NCBI GenBank assembly: GCA_965216635.1
Contig: OZ244188.1
Location: 1,888,001-1,952,000, forward strand
DNA length: 64,000 nt
Reading direction: 5' to 3'
Source: a bacterium
Lineage (GTDB): Bacteria > SAR324 > XYD2-FULL-50-16 > G965216635
The notes under the pieces are model-generated. The model searched no databases and was not told where the DNA came from. It saw only the letters and a list, made by a program, of their open reading frames with translations. The position numbers and the translations under genes are program-made. The stretch's first letter is position 1; every line of letters starts with the position of its first letter. Shown here in pieces: positions 41,062 to 51,128 of the stretch.

Positions 41062-41687
41062 ACTTTTGGGGGAGAAAAAATCTGTTTTTTGAATCTCAAG
41101 TTCACTTGGATTTAAAAATAGATAGATTAGTGATTACAGGGCCCATAGCCAGTGGAAAATCTAGTTTTTTAAAAATAATAGCTGGAATTTTGCAACCTGA
41201 TTTTTGTAGAGTTGTTTTTGACGGCGAGATATTTATAGATACAAAACAAAAAAAATACAACCCCATTCATAAGAGAAAGCTCGGCTACTTATTACAAGAA
41301 GCGTTTTTGTTTCCTTATCTTAATGTTCGTGAAAATCTGCTCTTTTCTCCAATGGCGAAAGATAACCCCAATCTAGAAAAGTGGATTGACAATTTTGGAG
41401 TTGCACAAATTCTTTCCAAAATGCCATTAGAAATTTCAGGCGGAGAGAGAAAAAAAATTTGTCTACTACAAATTCTTTTAAGCAAACCTAATCTGTTGCT
41501 TTTAGATGAACCTTTAACTTCTTTAGATAAAAGAAGCAAATACCAGTTCTTGGAATTTATAATGCAATTCCAGCAGGACTTTAATTTACCGGTAATCTAT
41601 GTCACTCACTCTCCAGAAGAGGCAAATATCTTCGCAAAACAAAGAATTTACCTAAAAAAAGGAAAGGTTCACAAATTTACGCACTAG
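41013..41687 (+). CDS. modC: molybdate ABC transporter ATP-binding protein
   Basis: GPIASGKS, QEAFLFPYLNVRENL, ISGGE, LLLDEP, YVTHS; follows modB; start uncertain. Confidence 0.82.
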   Translation: MDRTSKKKRLEIQYHLNFWGRKNLFFESQVHLDLKIDRLVITGPIASGKSSFLKIIAGILQPDFCRVVFDGEIFIDTKQKKYNPIHKRKLGYLLQEAFLFPYLNVRENLLFSPMAKDNPNLEKWIDNFGVAQILSKMPLEISGGERKKICLLQILLSKPNLLLLDEPLTSLDKRSKYQFLEFIMQFQQDFNLPVIYVTHSPEEANIFAKQRIYLKKGKVHKFTH

Positions 41688-41833
41688 GAATAGCTACGCT
41701 CAACGCAACAAGACCACTGCATTGGTGTTTTTCAACTATGCAACGGTCTCACAATATTTTGGGCTAAGCATAACCACAACCTATACAAAACCATCAGTAA
41801 ATAAAATTTAGTAGATGCTTGAGTGCGGACAAT

Positions 41834-42130
41834 TTAATCTCGTTCTGAGAATTTTCTTGTTTTTTCAGGGTCTCTAGGTCTTGCCACATTGACAACTAAC
41901 TCCCTGTCTTGCAATTGACTTTGATGCAAGCTCTCTATTGCTTTTTGAGCTTCTGCTTCTTCTGTCATTTCCACAAAACCAAAACCTCTAGATCTTTTAG
42001 TTTCTCTGTCTCTAACAATTTTTGCAAAAGCTACATTTCCATGAGCCTCAAAAATCTCCCTAAGTTCTTTACTTGACAACTGAAAAGGTAGGTTACCTAC
42101 ATAGATATGAATTCTATCATCTTGTTCCAT
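41834..42130 (-). CDS. RRM RNA-binding protein
   Basis: IYVGNL (RNP2) and RGFGFVEM (RNP1). Confidence 0.95.
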   Translation of the reverse strand: MEQDDRIHIYVGNLPFQLSSKELREIFEAHGNVAFAKIVRDRETKRSRGFGFVEMTEEAEAQKAIESLHQSQLQDRELVVNVARPRDPEKTRKFSERD

Positions 42131-42381
42131 AATTTACACAATAAATAGAGCATTGCATTAGCGCTATGTAGGCTAATACAACATTCTTATAATTTTAATT
42201 TAATTTAACAAACTGAGATCTTTGAATTGAATGTGTCCCTAAAGACTTTTTCACTCCATTCGAATCTCTCAAAAACTCCCAAAGGGAGTATCATTTAAAA
42301 CCTCTAAATTAAACAAAATCTAGCTCTGTTTTTTAGACACGGCATAGATTCATCAAATTTTTAATTTAAAGATTGTTTTAA

Positions 42382-42617
42382 AACCTCTTGAATTAGGCAT
42401 TATAGGAAAACTAGGCAGGCAAAAAAAAATTATGTCACTAGGGTGTATATATATATCGTCTGAGCGAAACGCTACAAGACTTAATCCTTGATAAGGATAA
42501 AGTGCCAAAAGGCACTTTTACTATAGCCCTTATGAAATAGATACCAAAGAAAAGTATTTCAAGGGATAAATTTTTTTTTAACGCAGCATAGTTGAACTAG
42601 AATGCAAATTCAAAGGC
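42382..42617. mobile_element. palindromic MITE-like element (family B) with nested insert
   Basis: ACCTCTTGAATTAGGCAT...ATGCAAATTCAAAGG termini, AACGCAGCATAG motif, AAAGTGCC-AAAA-GGCACTTT hairpin. Confidence 0.75.
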
Positions 42618-42619
42618 AT

Positions 42620-43543
42620 TTATTTTCTTATAGAAGAAAAATACTTATACAAAGGTGAATTAATATCTATTACTAGCTTCGTATTATCACCCACTGTTTT
42701 CTTATAGCTATTTAGCGTTTCATAAAACTGATAAAATTCTGCATTACGACCATAAGATCTACCGTAAATTCTAGCCGCTTCACCATCCGCTTTTCCTCGC
42801 AATACCTTTGCTTTTTTTGAAGCACTAGAATTGATTTCACTCAATTCTTTAGATAGTTTACCTAGTATTTCTAGTTTTTCGCCTTCTCCTTCAGATCTTT
42901 TTTTAGCGGCAATTCTTTTTCTTTCGGAAATCATTCTCTCGTAAACTTTTTTACGCACCTGATCTGTATAATTGATTCGTTTAATCAAAATATCTACAAT
43001 TTCAATGCCATATTCTGATTCTACATTTTCTAGATTCTGCACAATAATTTTTGTAATTCCATCTCGTCCGTATTTTACCTCACGGCTAATTTTTACCTCT
43101 CTTTCTGTGCTTACAGAATATTCTTCTTTCCAATCGGAGCTGACAATAATCTCATTTAGGTCATTTTTTGTAACTAGGTCGCGAATAATTCCTTCAATCA
43201 AGTCGCTCAAAACACTAGCAGCTCTGCTTTCATTATTGAGTCTTTGAAAATAAATCAATGGATTTACAATTTTCCAACGAGCTGTTGTATCTACCCAAAT
43301 AAAAGTTTTATCACTTGTGGGAATTTCATTAGGTTCTCCATCTATTTTTAAAATTCGTTTGTCAAAGTAGTTAACTTTTTGCCATGGAATTTTAAAATAA
43401 AGTCCAGCTTCATTTATAGATTTTATAGGCTTCCCAAACTCTGTAATCACTACCTGTTGTATTTCTTGGATGATAAAAAAGCACTTATAGCCTGTTAAAA
43501 AAACAGCTACTATAATAGCAACATAAAGATATTTAAATTTCAT
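42620..43543 (-). CDS. hflC: FtsH protease modulator HflC
   Basis: AGLYFKIPW, VYERMISERKRIA, AEFYQFY; start at ATG 43543. Confidence 0.93.
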   Translation of the reverse strand: MKFKYLYVAIIVAVFLTGYKCFFIIQEIQQVVITEFGKPIKSINEAGLYFKIPWQKVNYFDKRILKIDGEPNEIPTSDKTFIWVDTTARWKIVNPLIYFQRLNNESRAASVLSDLIEGIIRDLVTKNDLNEIIVSSDWKEEYSVSTEREVKISREVKYGRDGITKIIVQNLENVESEYGIEIVDILIKRINYTDQVRKKVYERMISERKRIAAKKRSEGEGEKLEILGKLSKELSEINSSASKKAKVLRGKADGEAARIYGRSYGRNAEFYQFYETLNSYKKTVGDNTKLVIDINSPLYKYFSSIRK

Positions 43544-43547
43544 TATA

Positions 43548-44615
43548 TTATTTATTAAGGTTATAAAGAGGAAAAATTTGTTTGTTTTTATCCAAAACAA
43601 TCACTTCTTGGATATTGGGCAAAATTTCTTTCATCGTCTCTATGTAAAGACGAGTTCTAGTCACTGTTTTATATCTTTCATACTCTTTTAAGATAGCAAG
43701 AAAACGACTGCTATCTCCTACAGCGTCGTTGATTCTTTGAATAGCGTAGCCTTGTGCTTCTTCTACCACTTTTTTTGCTTCACCTCTTGCTTTAGGAATC
43801 TGTTCGTTATAGGTTTTTTGTGCTTCGTTCACTAACCTTGTACGGTCTTGATCGGCTTCGTTGACTTCGTTAAAAGAAGGTCTGACAGGATTAGGAGGAG
43901 TAACATCTTGCAATTGGACTGTTACTAAATCTACTCCTGATTTATAAAAATTCAACTTTTCTTGAATTTCTTCTAAGGCTTCAAAAGCTATTTCTTCTCT
44001 TTCTTGTAATAGATAATCAAAATCCCTATTGCCTACAAGTCTGCGAATAATCATCTCCGATAGATCTCTGACAGCTGCTCTGCCGTCTTTTATATTAAAA
44101 ACAAAATCTTTAGGTTGGTTGACTTTATACTGGACGACCCAGTTAAGATTAATTACATTTCTATCCCCCGTAAGCATCAAAGATTCCGTATCTAAAGTGC
44201 GGGTAGAACGAGCCGCTTCTGCATCTCTAGCAGCGGGATTGCTACGAAACCCAAATTCTTCTTTACGAATAGTTTCTATATCTACTACGATGACTTTTTC
44301 TACAAAAGGAATTAAAAAATTCAATCCTGAAGAAGTAGTTTTAGAGTATTTGCCAAGTCTAAGTACAATGCCTTTTTCACCAGGTTGAACTTGGTAAAAG
44401 GATTTAAAAAGCAAAATAGCAACTAAAACAGGCACAACAACTAAAAATATTTTGCGAGAATTGAGATTGGGAGAAAAGGGAGGTTTATTTGAATCACCTT
44501 TCTTAGGAGGTTTTTTCTTTCCTTTACCTCCAACAACAAATCTTTTTAAGTCCTCTAATACTTGATCCACACTAGGATTAGTTTTTTTTCTTTCCCAAGG
44601 GTTTTCGTTTTCCAT
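43548..44615 (-). CDS. hflK: FtsH protease modulator HflK
   Basis: ESLMLTGD, LQDVTPP, IPKARGEA, VTRTRLYIETM. Confidence 0.95.
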   Translation of the reverse strand: MENENPWERKKTNPSVDQVLEDLKRFVVGGKGKKKPPKKGDSNKPPFSPNLNSRKIFLVVVPVLVAILLFKSFYQVQPGEKGIVLRLGKYSKTTSSGLNFLIPFVEKVIVVDIETIRKEEFGFRSNPAARDAEAARSTRTLDTESLMLTGDRNVINLNWVVQYKVNQPKDFVFNIKDGRAAVRDLSEMIIRRLVGNRDFDYLLQEREEIAFEALEEIQEKLNFYKSGVDLVTVQLQDVTPPNPVRPSFNEVNEADQDRTRLVNEAQKTYNEQIPKARGEAKKVVEEAQGYAIQRINDAVGDSSRFLAILKEYERYKTVTRTRLYIETMKEILPNIQEVIVLDKNKQIFPLYNLNK

Positions 44616-44625
44616 TTTTATTTTA

Positions 44626-44685
44626 TAGATCTTTGAATTAGTGTTATGTGACGCTAGCCGTTACATAATACTAATTCAAAGTTCT
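44626..44685. repeat. short hairpin derivative of family B
   Basis: CTTTGAATTAGTGTTATGT...ACATAATACTAATTCAAAG inverted repeat. Confidence 0.7.
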
Positions 44686-44836
44686 TATTTAGTCAAATAA
44701 TTTTTTTTAGTCAAGGAATTTTATTTAGTCAAATAATTTTTTTTAGTCAAATAATTTTTTTTGCACTTTTCTAACCATTTGGCTAACCGTCGCATAACGG
44801 CAATGCAATATTCTTATTATTCCAAAAAAAATACTT

Positions 44837-45754
44837 TTATTCAATAACATAATCTAAAGGATCCACATTTTTTCCATTTACAACAACTTCATAATGCAAA
44901 TGAGAGCCGGTACTCCTGCCGGTACTCCCCGTTCTACCAATAGTATCACCTCTTTTAACTTTTTGTCCAGGTTTAGCTTCAAATTGCACCAAATGGGCGT
45001 AGCGTGTGACAATATTGTAACCATGGTTGATAGCCATTATATTACCAAACGATTTTTGGAAATAAGTATAAATCACAACACCATCTGCTGGAGCGATAAC
45101 TGGAGAATAAAGCGGAGCTGACCAATCTATTCCCGCATGAAATTTTAAAGCTCTTGTAAAAGGATCATTTCTTATACCAAAACCAGAAGTAAAAACCCCG
45201 CCTCGCAAAGGCTTAATAGAAGGAGATCTCGCCAAACTCTCTTTATTATCTCTAATAACGTTTTCTAACTTAAATAGACTAGCATGCCTTAATCTATAAT
45301 TCAACTCAATATTTTTTACTTGGCTAATAATATTTTTTTCTTGAATACCTATTTTACCCTGTAATTCGCTATCTTGCACAGTATTAAAACTGCTATTTTC
45401 AGAAACTTCAAAGTTTTCTGTTTCTTTTTTTCTTTGTCTAGAAGTTCTATTTTGGTTTGCTATATTTCTAATTTTTTCATCAAACTCCCCTATTTTTTCT
45501 AGTTCTACAGAGTAATTATCCAGGGTATTTTGAATTTCTTTGTAATAGACCGTCTGCTCCAGAAAATTATTTTGTAATTCCTGATAACTAGAATCTCTTG
45601 AAATATTTTCATAGTATTGATAGTAGACAAACCCAGTAAACCCCAAAAAACATAAAAATAAAACCACCAAAAACCACATCATTCCTAGGTATAGTTTTAT
45701 CCTTCTATCTTTTTTGCGTATAACTACTAAAGTAATATAATTAGTCAGTAACAT
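44837..45754 (-). CDS. M23 family peptidase with N-terminal TM and coiled coil
   Basis: HAGID, YAHL, STGSHLHYEV. Confidence 0.92.
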   Translation of the reverse strand: MLLTNYITLVVIRKKDRRIKLYLGMMWFLVVLFLCFLGFTGFVYYQYYENISRDSSYQELQNNFLEQTVYYKEIQNTLDNYSVELEKIGEFDEKIRNIANQNRTSRQRKKETENFEVSENSSFNTVQDSELQGKIGIQEKNIISQVKNIELNYRLRHASLFKLENVIRDNKESLARSPSIKPLRGGVFTSGFGIRNDPFTRALKFHAGIDWSAPLYSPVIAPADGVVIYTYFQKSFGNIMAINHGYNIVTRYAHLVQFEAKPGQKVKRGDTIGRTGSTGRSTGSHLHYEVVVNGKNVDPLDYVIE

Positions 45755-46514
45755 CTTCTATTTCTTTGAGATCCTTTGAAATCTGGTTTTTTACAAATTT
45801 TTTTTGTTTTTTTACTTGTTTTAATCTTTTTTTTTCCGTTAAAGAAGAGAAAACTGCGATCTCTTTTCTATCTATTACCCCTTGCAAAAGTAGGTTTCTA
45901 GCAAGCCTACTTCTTTTTTCTGTTTTTTTCAACCTCCGTTTTTCTATTAGAGGAGCTAAAATTTTTGCTGTCAGATAATAGCTAGCAACTGCACTGGATA
46001 CAGCATAAATAATACTTCCCAACATCAATGATACCCCCCAACTACTAAACAACAATCCCAACATTGCCTTACTCTTCTGAAAAAAGCCTATATACTCATT
46101 AGCATAGATAGCATTAAATTCCTGCAAAAAAACTACAAAATTACGAGAATCAGAGATAGGCAATTGAAATAAATCTATCAAAAATTTTCCTGTAGTATGA
46201 AATAAAAAATAAAGAGGAACTACTGTTAAAGGATTGCTTATCCATACCATAGCAATAGCTAAAGTCAAATCAAACCTTGAGTTAGTGAAAACTCTAAATA
46301 AAAGCCACTGCAAAAACACAATATACATCTGCGCCCCCACGGTAGGCGTCATCCCCCAAAAAACCCCTACACTTACTCCTAAAGAAATTTCTGTAATAGG
46401 TTTTTTACTCCCATAGATAGGAAATATCAATTTTTGATAATACAGTTTTCTTAAGCCTTTGTAGCTAAAAAACTGTTTATAACTAAAAAACTTTTTCCTA
46501 AAAAATTTTCGCAT
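45741..46514 (-). CDS. DUF2062-like membrane protein
   Basis: SLGVSVGVFWGMTP..G.Q and WISNPLT pattern, multiple TMs. Confidence 0.75.
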   Translation of the reverse strand: MRKFFRKKFFSYKQFFSYKGLRKLYYQKLIFPIYGSKKPITEISLGVSVGVFWGMTPTVGAQMYIVFLQWLLFRVFTNSRFDLTLAIAMVWISNPLTVVPLYFLFHTTGKFLIDLFQLPISDSRNFVVFLQEFNAIYANEYIGFFQKSKAMLGLLFSSWGVSLMLGSIIYAVSSAVASYYLTAKILAPLIEKRRLKKTEKRSRLARNLLLQGVIDRKEIAVFSSLTEKKRLKQVKKQKKFVKNQISKDLKEIEDVTD

Positions 46515-46523
46515 GAACCTATT

Positions 46524-46751
46524 TAGACCTTTGAATTTCGCTGATGCTTATCCCACTATTGGGGCTAGCCAACTGGTTAGAACAGGTGCGAAAAAAAAAA
46601 TTTTTCAATGGCGTCTTGCAAAACACTACAAAAATTAGTGTGTAGCACAAATGGAATGAAAAAGTGCCAAAAGGCACTTTTTCTATAGCCCTTACCCTAT
46701 TTCAAGCAATAAGCTTGTTTTGGCTAAACAGAATGCAAATTCAAAAGTCTA
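46524..46751. mobile_element. palindromic MITE-like element (family B) with nested ~106-bp insert
   Basis: TAGACCTTTGAATTT...AAATTCAAAAGTCTA termini. Confidence 0.8.
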
Positions 46752-46754
46752 CTA

Positions 46755-46908
46755 TAGACCTTTGAATTTCGCTGATGTGACGGCTAGCCAAATGGTTAGA
46801 ACAGGTGCGAAAAAAATTTTTAGCTCGCTGGAATACTGAAGTATTTCAAGAGTTAAAAATTTTTTTCAACGCTGCATAGGCTAAACAGAATGCAAATTCA
46901 AAAGTCTA
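46755..46908. mobile_element. palindromic MITE-like element (family B), tandem copy
   Basis: same termini; centre GGAATAC-TGAA-GTATTTC; probably close to the unmodified unit. Confidence 0.8.
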
Positions 46909-46911
46909 CTA

Positions 46912-48192
46912 TTAACTAAAATCTCTACCCGCCAACACCAACCACTCTTTCAGTAGTTCCAATACCTGCAACCTATTATTTTTGGGAGCATTGATAAAGA
47001 TACAAAAGGGATAGTTTTTGCCTTGATAAGGAATATATCCCGCCAAATTATAAACCCCCTTTAAAGTTCCAGTCTTTAAATAAACCTGCTTATTTTGAGG
47101 AAATAACTTGTAATCCGAATAAATTTTATAAAGAACATTTAATATTATTTCCGCTGTAATCTCATTATCTCTTGATAATCCAGAGCCTTCTAGGATTTGA
47201 AAATTTTTGGAAGTAGCACCAAACTGTGCCATATAAAATTTCATAGCCATATTAGATTTTTCTAAATTATAAACCTTGCCGTATTTTTCCCCTCCGAGCC
47301 TAAAATAAATTTGATTAGCTATGTAATTATTAGAATAAAGCAAAAAAGAAGGGATTAGTTCCTTTAAATTGCGAGAATTTTTATAATCCAAAATAAGTTT
47401 CCAATCAGCATTTAATAACTCTTTTTTATAAGAATTTTGCTCAATGTTTATTCCCTCCTTTTGAAAAATAGCTACAAATAGCTCCGCCGTATATCTCAAA
47501 CTATCAGGGTAAGACGAGCCCACATTGATACGTTTCTTTTTACCCACTGCCAGCAAACCTCCTTTCTCCCTTGCCAAAGGAGTAATAGGAGTCCATTCTT
47601 CTGCAGATACTACCAGCCCATTTTTCTTTTTCTCTAAAAATAAGGAATTAAAATTGACTACCAAAGCTCCATTTAGTGCATCGTAAGCATTTTTACTTTT
47701 ACTCAATCCCGGCACTTTTTGGGTTGTAATCAAAGAATCATCCAATTTCAACGCAGAAAACCTAGTATAACCTTTTTGTTTCAATAGTTGAGCAATTTTT
47801 GTGATTTCTTCTGAAATCAAAAAAGGATCTCCGCCTCCTTGAATAAGTAGCTCTTTTTTCGCATTGGTATAAAAAGTAGTGTTAAAACGAAAATCTTTTC
47901 CTAAAATATCAAAAGCAACCGCTGTAATTGCAATTTTTAAAACCGAAGCTGGCACAAAAGCTTCCCTAGAATTAAATTCAAAAAGTATTTTTTTCTCTGG
48001 AGAACCCAACAAAATAGCACCATTTTGGACAAGTTCTTTCATCCTTTTTGCCAATCTGGTAGTCTTTAGAGACTGTTGCTCTTGATTTTGCTCTACCGCA
48101 GCTGCTAAACCTGTAGACAAGACGATGACAAAAACAAAGCAGAAAAAACTACCTTTAACGATTTTTATGAAATTCTCTAAAAAATTCATCAA
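46912..48192 (-). CDS. dacB: D-Ala-D-Ala carboxypeptidase/endopeptidase (PBP4, S13)
   Basis: PASVLK (SxxK), GGGDPF, SNN, EGSGLSR, KTG. Confidence 0.9.
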   Translation of the reverse strand: MMNFLENFIKIVKGSFFCFVFVIVLSTGLAAAVEQNQEQQSLKTTRLAKRMKELVQNGAILLGSPEKKILFEFNSREAFVPASVLKIAITAVAFDILGKDFRFNTTFYTNAKKELLIQGGGDPFLISEEITKIAQLLKQKGYTRFSALKLDDSLITTQKVPGLSKSKNAYDALNGALVVNFNSLFLEKKKNGLVVSAEEWTPITPLAREKGGLLAVGKKKRINVGSSYPDSLRYTAELFVAIFQKEGINIEQNSYKKELLNADWKLILDYKNSRNLKELIPSFLLYSNNYIANQIYFRLGGEKYGKVYNLEKSNMAMKFYMAQFGATSKNFQILEGSGLSRDNEITAEIILNVLYKIYSDYKLFPQNKQVYLKTGTLKGVYNLAGYIPYQGKNYPFCIFINAPKNNRLQVLELLKEWLVLAGRDFS

Positions 48193-49202
48193 ACAGCATA
48201 AGAAGTAAGATGGCGATTACAGTAGCCTATCATTTCTGCAATTTTTGTATTACCAGAATAATGGAATTGTGCTAATTGCAAATATTCTTTAGCCTGACGA
48301 AAATCGTGCATTTGATAAAAAGCCAGAGCCAAAAAATAGACAGTTTGCTCATAAGTAGGGTGCTCTTTGACTATAGGGAGTAAGACAGAGACTGCTTGAG
48401 AAAAACAACCCATTTTGTATTGGCAAATACCAATATTTGCTTCTACTTTATAATCCTCATCGGTAGTATTTTTAGCCTTAATAAAATATTTCATTGCCTC
48501 TGAATGTTGTACCATTTGTAGTAGCGATTTACCCGCCAATATATAAGCAGCCGTAAATTGATTGTTTTTCGTTATGGCTTTGCGGAAATGCGTTAAGCAC
48601 TCCCTATAGTATTGCATATTGTAGTAGCACAAACCCAATTTAAAACTATAATAAGCCTCTTTCGGTTGTTTTTCTACCAAATATTTATATTCACTGATTG
48701 CCCGAAAATACATCTTTCTATCATAAAATTCTTGTGCCAAATTTTCATCAATTTTTTCTTCCGATGGTTTAGGAATGTCCGAAGTTGTTTTTACAGTATA
48801 GCCTTGAGTAGTTTTATGCACTCCTTTTTTAGTAATAATAAAAGGAGTTTTGCATTGAGAACATTGAGACTGCTTGACCCATTGCGGATGCAAAATGCGG
48901 TTGATTGCATGGCAATAGAGACAAACAACAAAATACTCGCTACTTTTTTTTTCCTCTACTACAAACTGCTCGCTTGTTTTGAGTTTAGAATCCAGTTTTC
49001 TCCTTTGCTCAGCATCAGACAAAATCTGATAAGCAAGATTGATTTCTTGAGCCAAATGATTTTCACCACCCAAATCAGGATGCATACTATTTGATTTCAT
49101 CAAGGCTCTGTAAGCTGCTTTCACTACCTCTAAAGGAGCTTCCGAATCTACTTTTAACAGTTTATATGGATTTTCTGAAACTTTCATTTTCCCATTAAGC
49201 AC
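48189..49202 (-). CDS. J-domain + CxxC zinc ribbon + TPR protein
   Basis: HPD J domain, CLYC...CSQC, tandem TPR-like helices. Confidence 0.82.
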   Translation of the reverse strand: MLNGKMKVSENPYKLLKVDSEAPLEVVKAAYRALMKSNSMHPDLGGENHLAQEINLAYQILSDAEQRRKLDSKLKTSEQFVVEEKKSSEYFVVCLYCHAINRILHPQWVKQSQCSQCKTPFIITKKGVHKTTQGYTVKTTSDIPKPSEEKIDENLAQEFYDRKMYFRAISEYKYLVEKQPKEAYYSFKLGLCYYNMQYYRECLTHFRKAITKNNQFTAAYILAGKSLLQMVQHSEAMKYFIKAKNTTDEDYKVEANIGICQYKMGCFSQAVSVLLPIVKEHPTYEQTVYFLALAFYQMHDFRQAKEYLQLAQFHYSGNTKIAEMIGYCNRHLTSYAV

Positions 49203-50163
49203 TCATTTTCTTTTGCAGAAGTTGATACCAGTTAGGACGGGTATAAATGCTTTTTCCAATGTTGAAAAAGGTAGCTAAATTCAAATTGATGGCGTCGTTT
49301 AGAGTTCCAAAAGAGCGAAGGTTGCCTGCAGCAATGAGGTTTTTTGAGGTAAATTCTTGCATCCATTGTAGCAAAATTTTATGCTCACCGAAAATATAAT
49401 TTAAAACCTGTAATGCATTAGCGTGAAGAATATCCACTCCTTCGCCAGAGATAGTATTCACAACTTCGTTTAGAATATCCGCATTGTAACGTCCTTCTTG
49501 TTTTTCGTAGACTGGAAAGTAGTAAGATAGAAGCGAATGTTGTAATCTAGTTTTTATAGCAGAGACAATATCCTTTAGCATAGTAAGGCGATTTTTAAGG
49601 CAACCGCCGTAGGCATCTTCTCTTTGATTGAATTTTGGATTAAAGCACTGATCCAGAAATTCTTGAGAGCCTCCATTGAGTTCAATAATTTCAAACCCTG
49701 ATTCTTCTGCTTGCTCTGCTGCGTGTTTAAAATTCAGCACAATTTCTTCTGCACCGTAGTCATCAAAGGGATAACTCTGACTAAAATCCTTCCCAAAATT
49801 AATAACACTAGAAGATACAGGCATCTCCCCACAAATAGCTTCGCTGGTCTTGGCTCCACAGTGAGTCAGTCTAATTCCTAAAACAACTCCTTCTTCTTTT
49901 ACATGCTTGACTAGACTCCTAAAACTACTTATATATTTTTCATTCATTTCCAGTTGTAGGCTATGAGACTTGCCTTGTCTAGAAATACAAACAGAATCCA
50001 GAATAATCGTACCGACTCCTCCTTCTATTAAATGATTTATATCATCTACAATAGGAGCAGATAGGTCGCCATTTTTTTTAGCATTATCCCTTACAGGAAT
50101 AGAGATAAGTATCCTATTCTTAAAATGGATATTACCTATAGAAAAATCATCAAAAAGTTGCAT
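49195..50163 (-). CDS. old yellow enzyme-like (NADH:flavin oxidoreductase fold), degenerate active site
   Basis: FKNRI, LTHCGA, NQREDAYGGCLKNR; the usual HxxHGY reads NGGSQEF. Confidence 0.8.
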   Translation of the reverse strand: MQLFDDFSIGNIHFKNRILISIPVRDNAKKNGDLSAPIVDDINHLIEGGVGTIILDSVCISRQGKSHSLQLEMNEKYISSFRSLVKHVKEEGVVLGIRLTHCGAKTSEAICGEMPVSSSVINFGKDFSQSYPFDDYGAEEIVLNFKHAAEQAEESGFEIIELNGGSQEFLDQCFNPKFNQREDAYGGCLKNRLTMLKDIVSAIKTRLQHSLLSYYFPVYEKQEGRYNADILNEVVNTISGEGVDILHANALQVLNYIFGEHKILLQWMQEFTSKNLIAAGNLRSFGTLNDAINLNLATFFNIGKSIYTRPNWYQLLQKKMSA

Positions 50164-50259
50164 TCAAATAGATAGTTATTTAGAGTTTTACCTGCATCTG
50201 GCATTTTCGGAAAGCCAGACAAAGTGCGAAAATTTGCAAAACCTTTCAGTTTAGGAAAC

Positions 50260-50327
50260 ATATTCTTTTGTAGAATATTCTTTTGTAGAATATTCTTTTG
50301 TAGAATTTTCTTTTGTAGAATTTTCTT
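50260..50327. repeat. 15-bp tandem repeat ATATTCTTTTGTAGA x ~4.5
   Basis: units at 50260, 50275, 50290, 50305 plus a partial unit. Confidence 0.9.
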
Positions 50328-50394
50328 ACCGTAATAGTTAAGCAAGCAAAATGCCCAGTTCCTCCAATGCAAGCCGAAGGCTCTAAAGGAAGTT

Positions 50395-50493
50395 TTATTT
50401 AATAAAAAATTTCTCATACAAAAAAAACAACCCAAGGTAAGTAATAATAATTCCGCCGATACTCGCTAATACAGAAATTTCGTGTGCACCCAT
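50395..50493 (-). CDS. putative 32-aa single-TM small protein
   Basis: my translation MGAHEISVLASIGGIIITYLGLFFLYEKFFIK*; below the ORF-track cut-off; heads the minus-strand gene run. Confidence 0.4.
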   Translation of the reverse strand: MGAHEISVLASIGGIIITYLGLFFLYEKFFIK

Positions 50494-50599
50494 TTTTTAA
50501 AAAAGATTATTTAAGAGAATTATGATAACATAATTAATAATTGTATAGTTTTTTAGTCATTTTGTCAAGAAAAATATTTAGTTCTACCCTATAACTGCA

Positions 50600-51055
50600 A
50601 TGAAAATCATCCAAAGAAATAAAAAAGCCTATTATCATTTTGAAATTTTAGAAAAAAAAGAAGCAGGTATTGTGCTAAAAGGCACAGAAATTAAAAGTTT
50701 AAGAGCGGGAAAAGTGAATGTTTCCGAAGCTTTTATTAGAATCACCTCCAAGATGGAAATAGAAATACACAATATGTATATCGCAGCCCACAGCCATCAA
50801 ACCAACCCCTTTATGAATCACGAACCTTTGAGGAAAAGAAAACTTTTACTCCACCAAAAAGAAATTCTTAAAATCCACAACCAAATACAAAAAAAAGGAC
50901 TAACCTGCATAGCCTTAAAAATTTACCTTAAAAAAAGCTACGCCAAGATAGAAATTGGAATTGCAAGAGGTAAAAAACTCTACGATAAAAGAGAAGTTTT
51001 AAAAAAACGAGAACAAGAAAAAAATATTCAACAAAAAAGTTTTGTCCGAACATAA
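50600..51055 (+). CDS. smpB: SsrA-binding protein
   Basis: NKKAY, EAGIVLKGTEIKSLR, RKRKLLLH, GKKLYDKRE. Confidence 0.97.
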   Translation: MKIIQRNKKAYYHFEILEKKEAGIVLKGTEIKSLRAGKVNVSEAFIRITSKMEIEIHNMYIAAHSHQTNPFMNHEPLRKRKLLLHQKEILKIHNQIQKKGLTCIALKIYLKKSYAKIEIGIARGKKLYDKREVLKKREQEKNIQQKSFVRT

Positions 51056-51128
51056 AAAAAGGTTGCCTACAATTTCTTCTGATGATGGGCGATTTTTAGA
51101 TGTATGCCTTAAAACAAATTGCGGGATG

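Noticed and set aside
50136..50435. 99-aa ORF with KNILQ repeats, or tmRNA beside smpB
   Set aside because: The ORF is largely a translation of the 15-bp VNTR, and no tRNA-like tmRNA ends were seen
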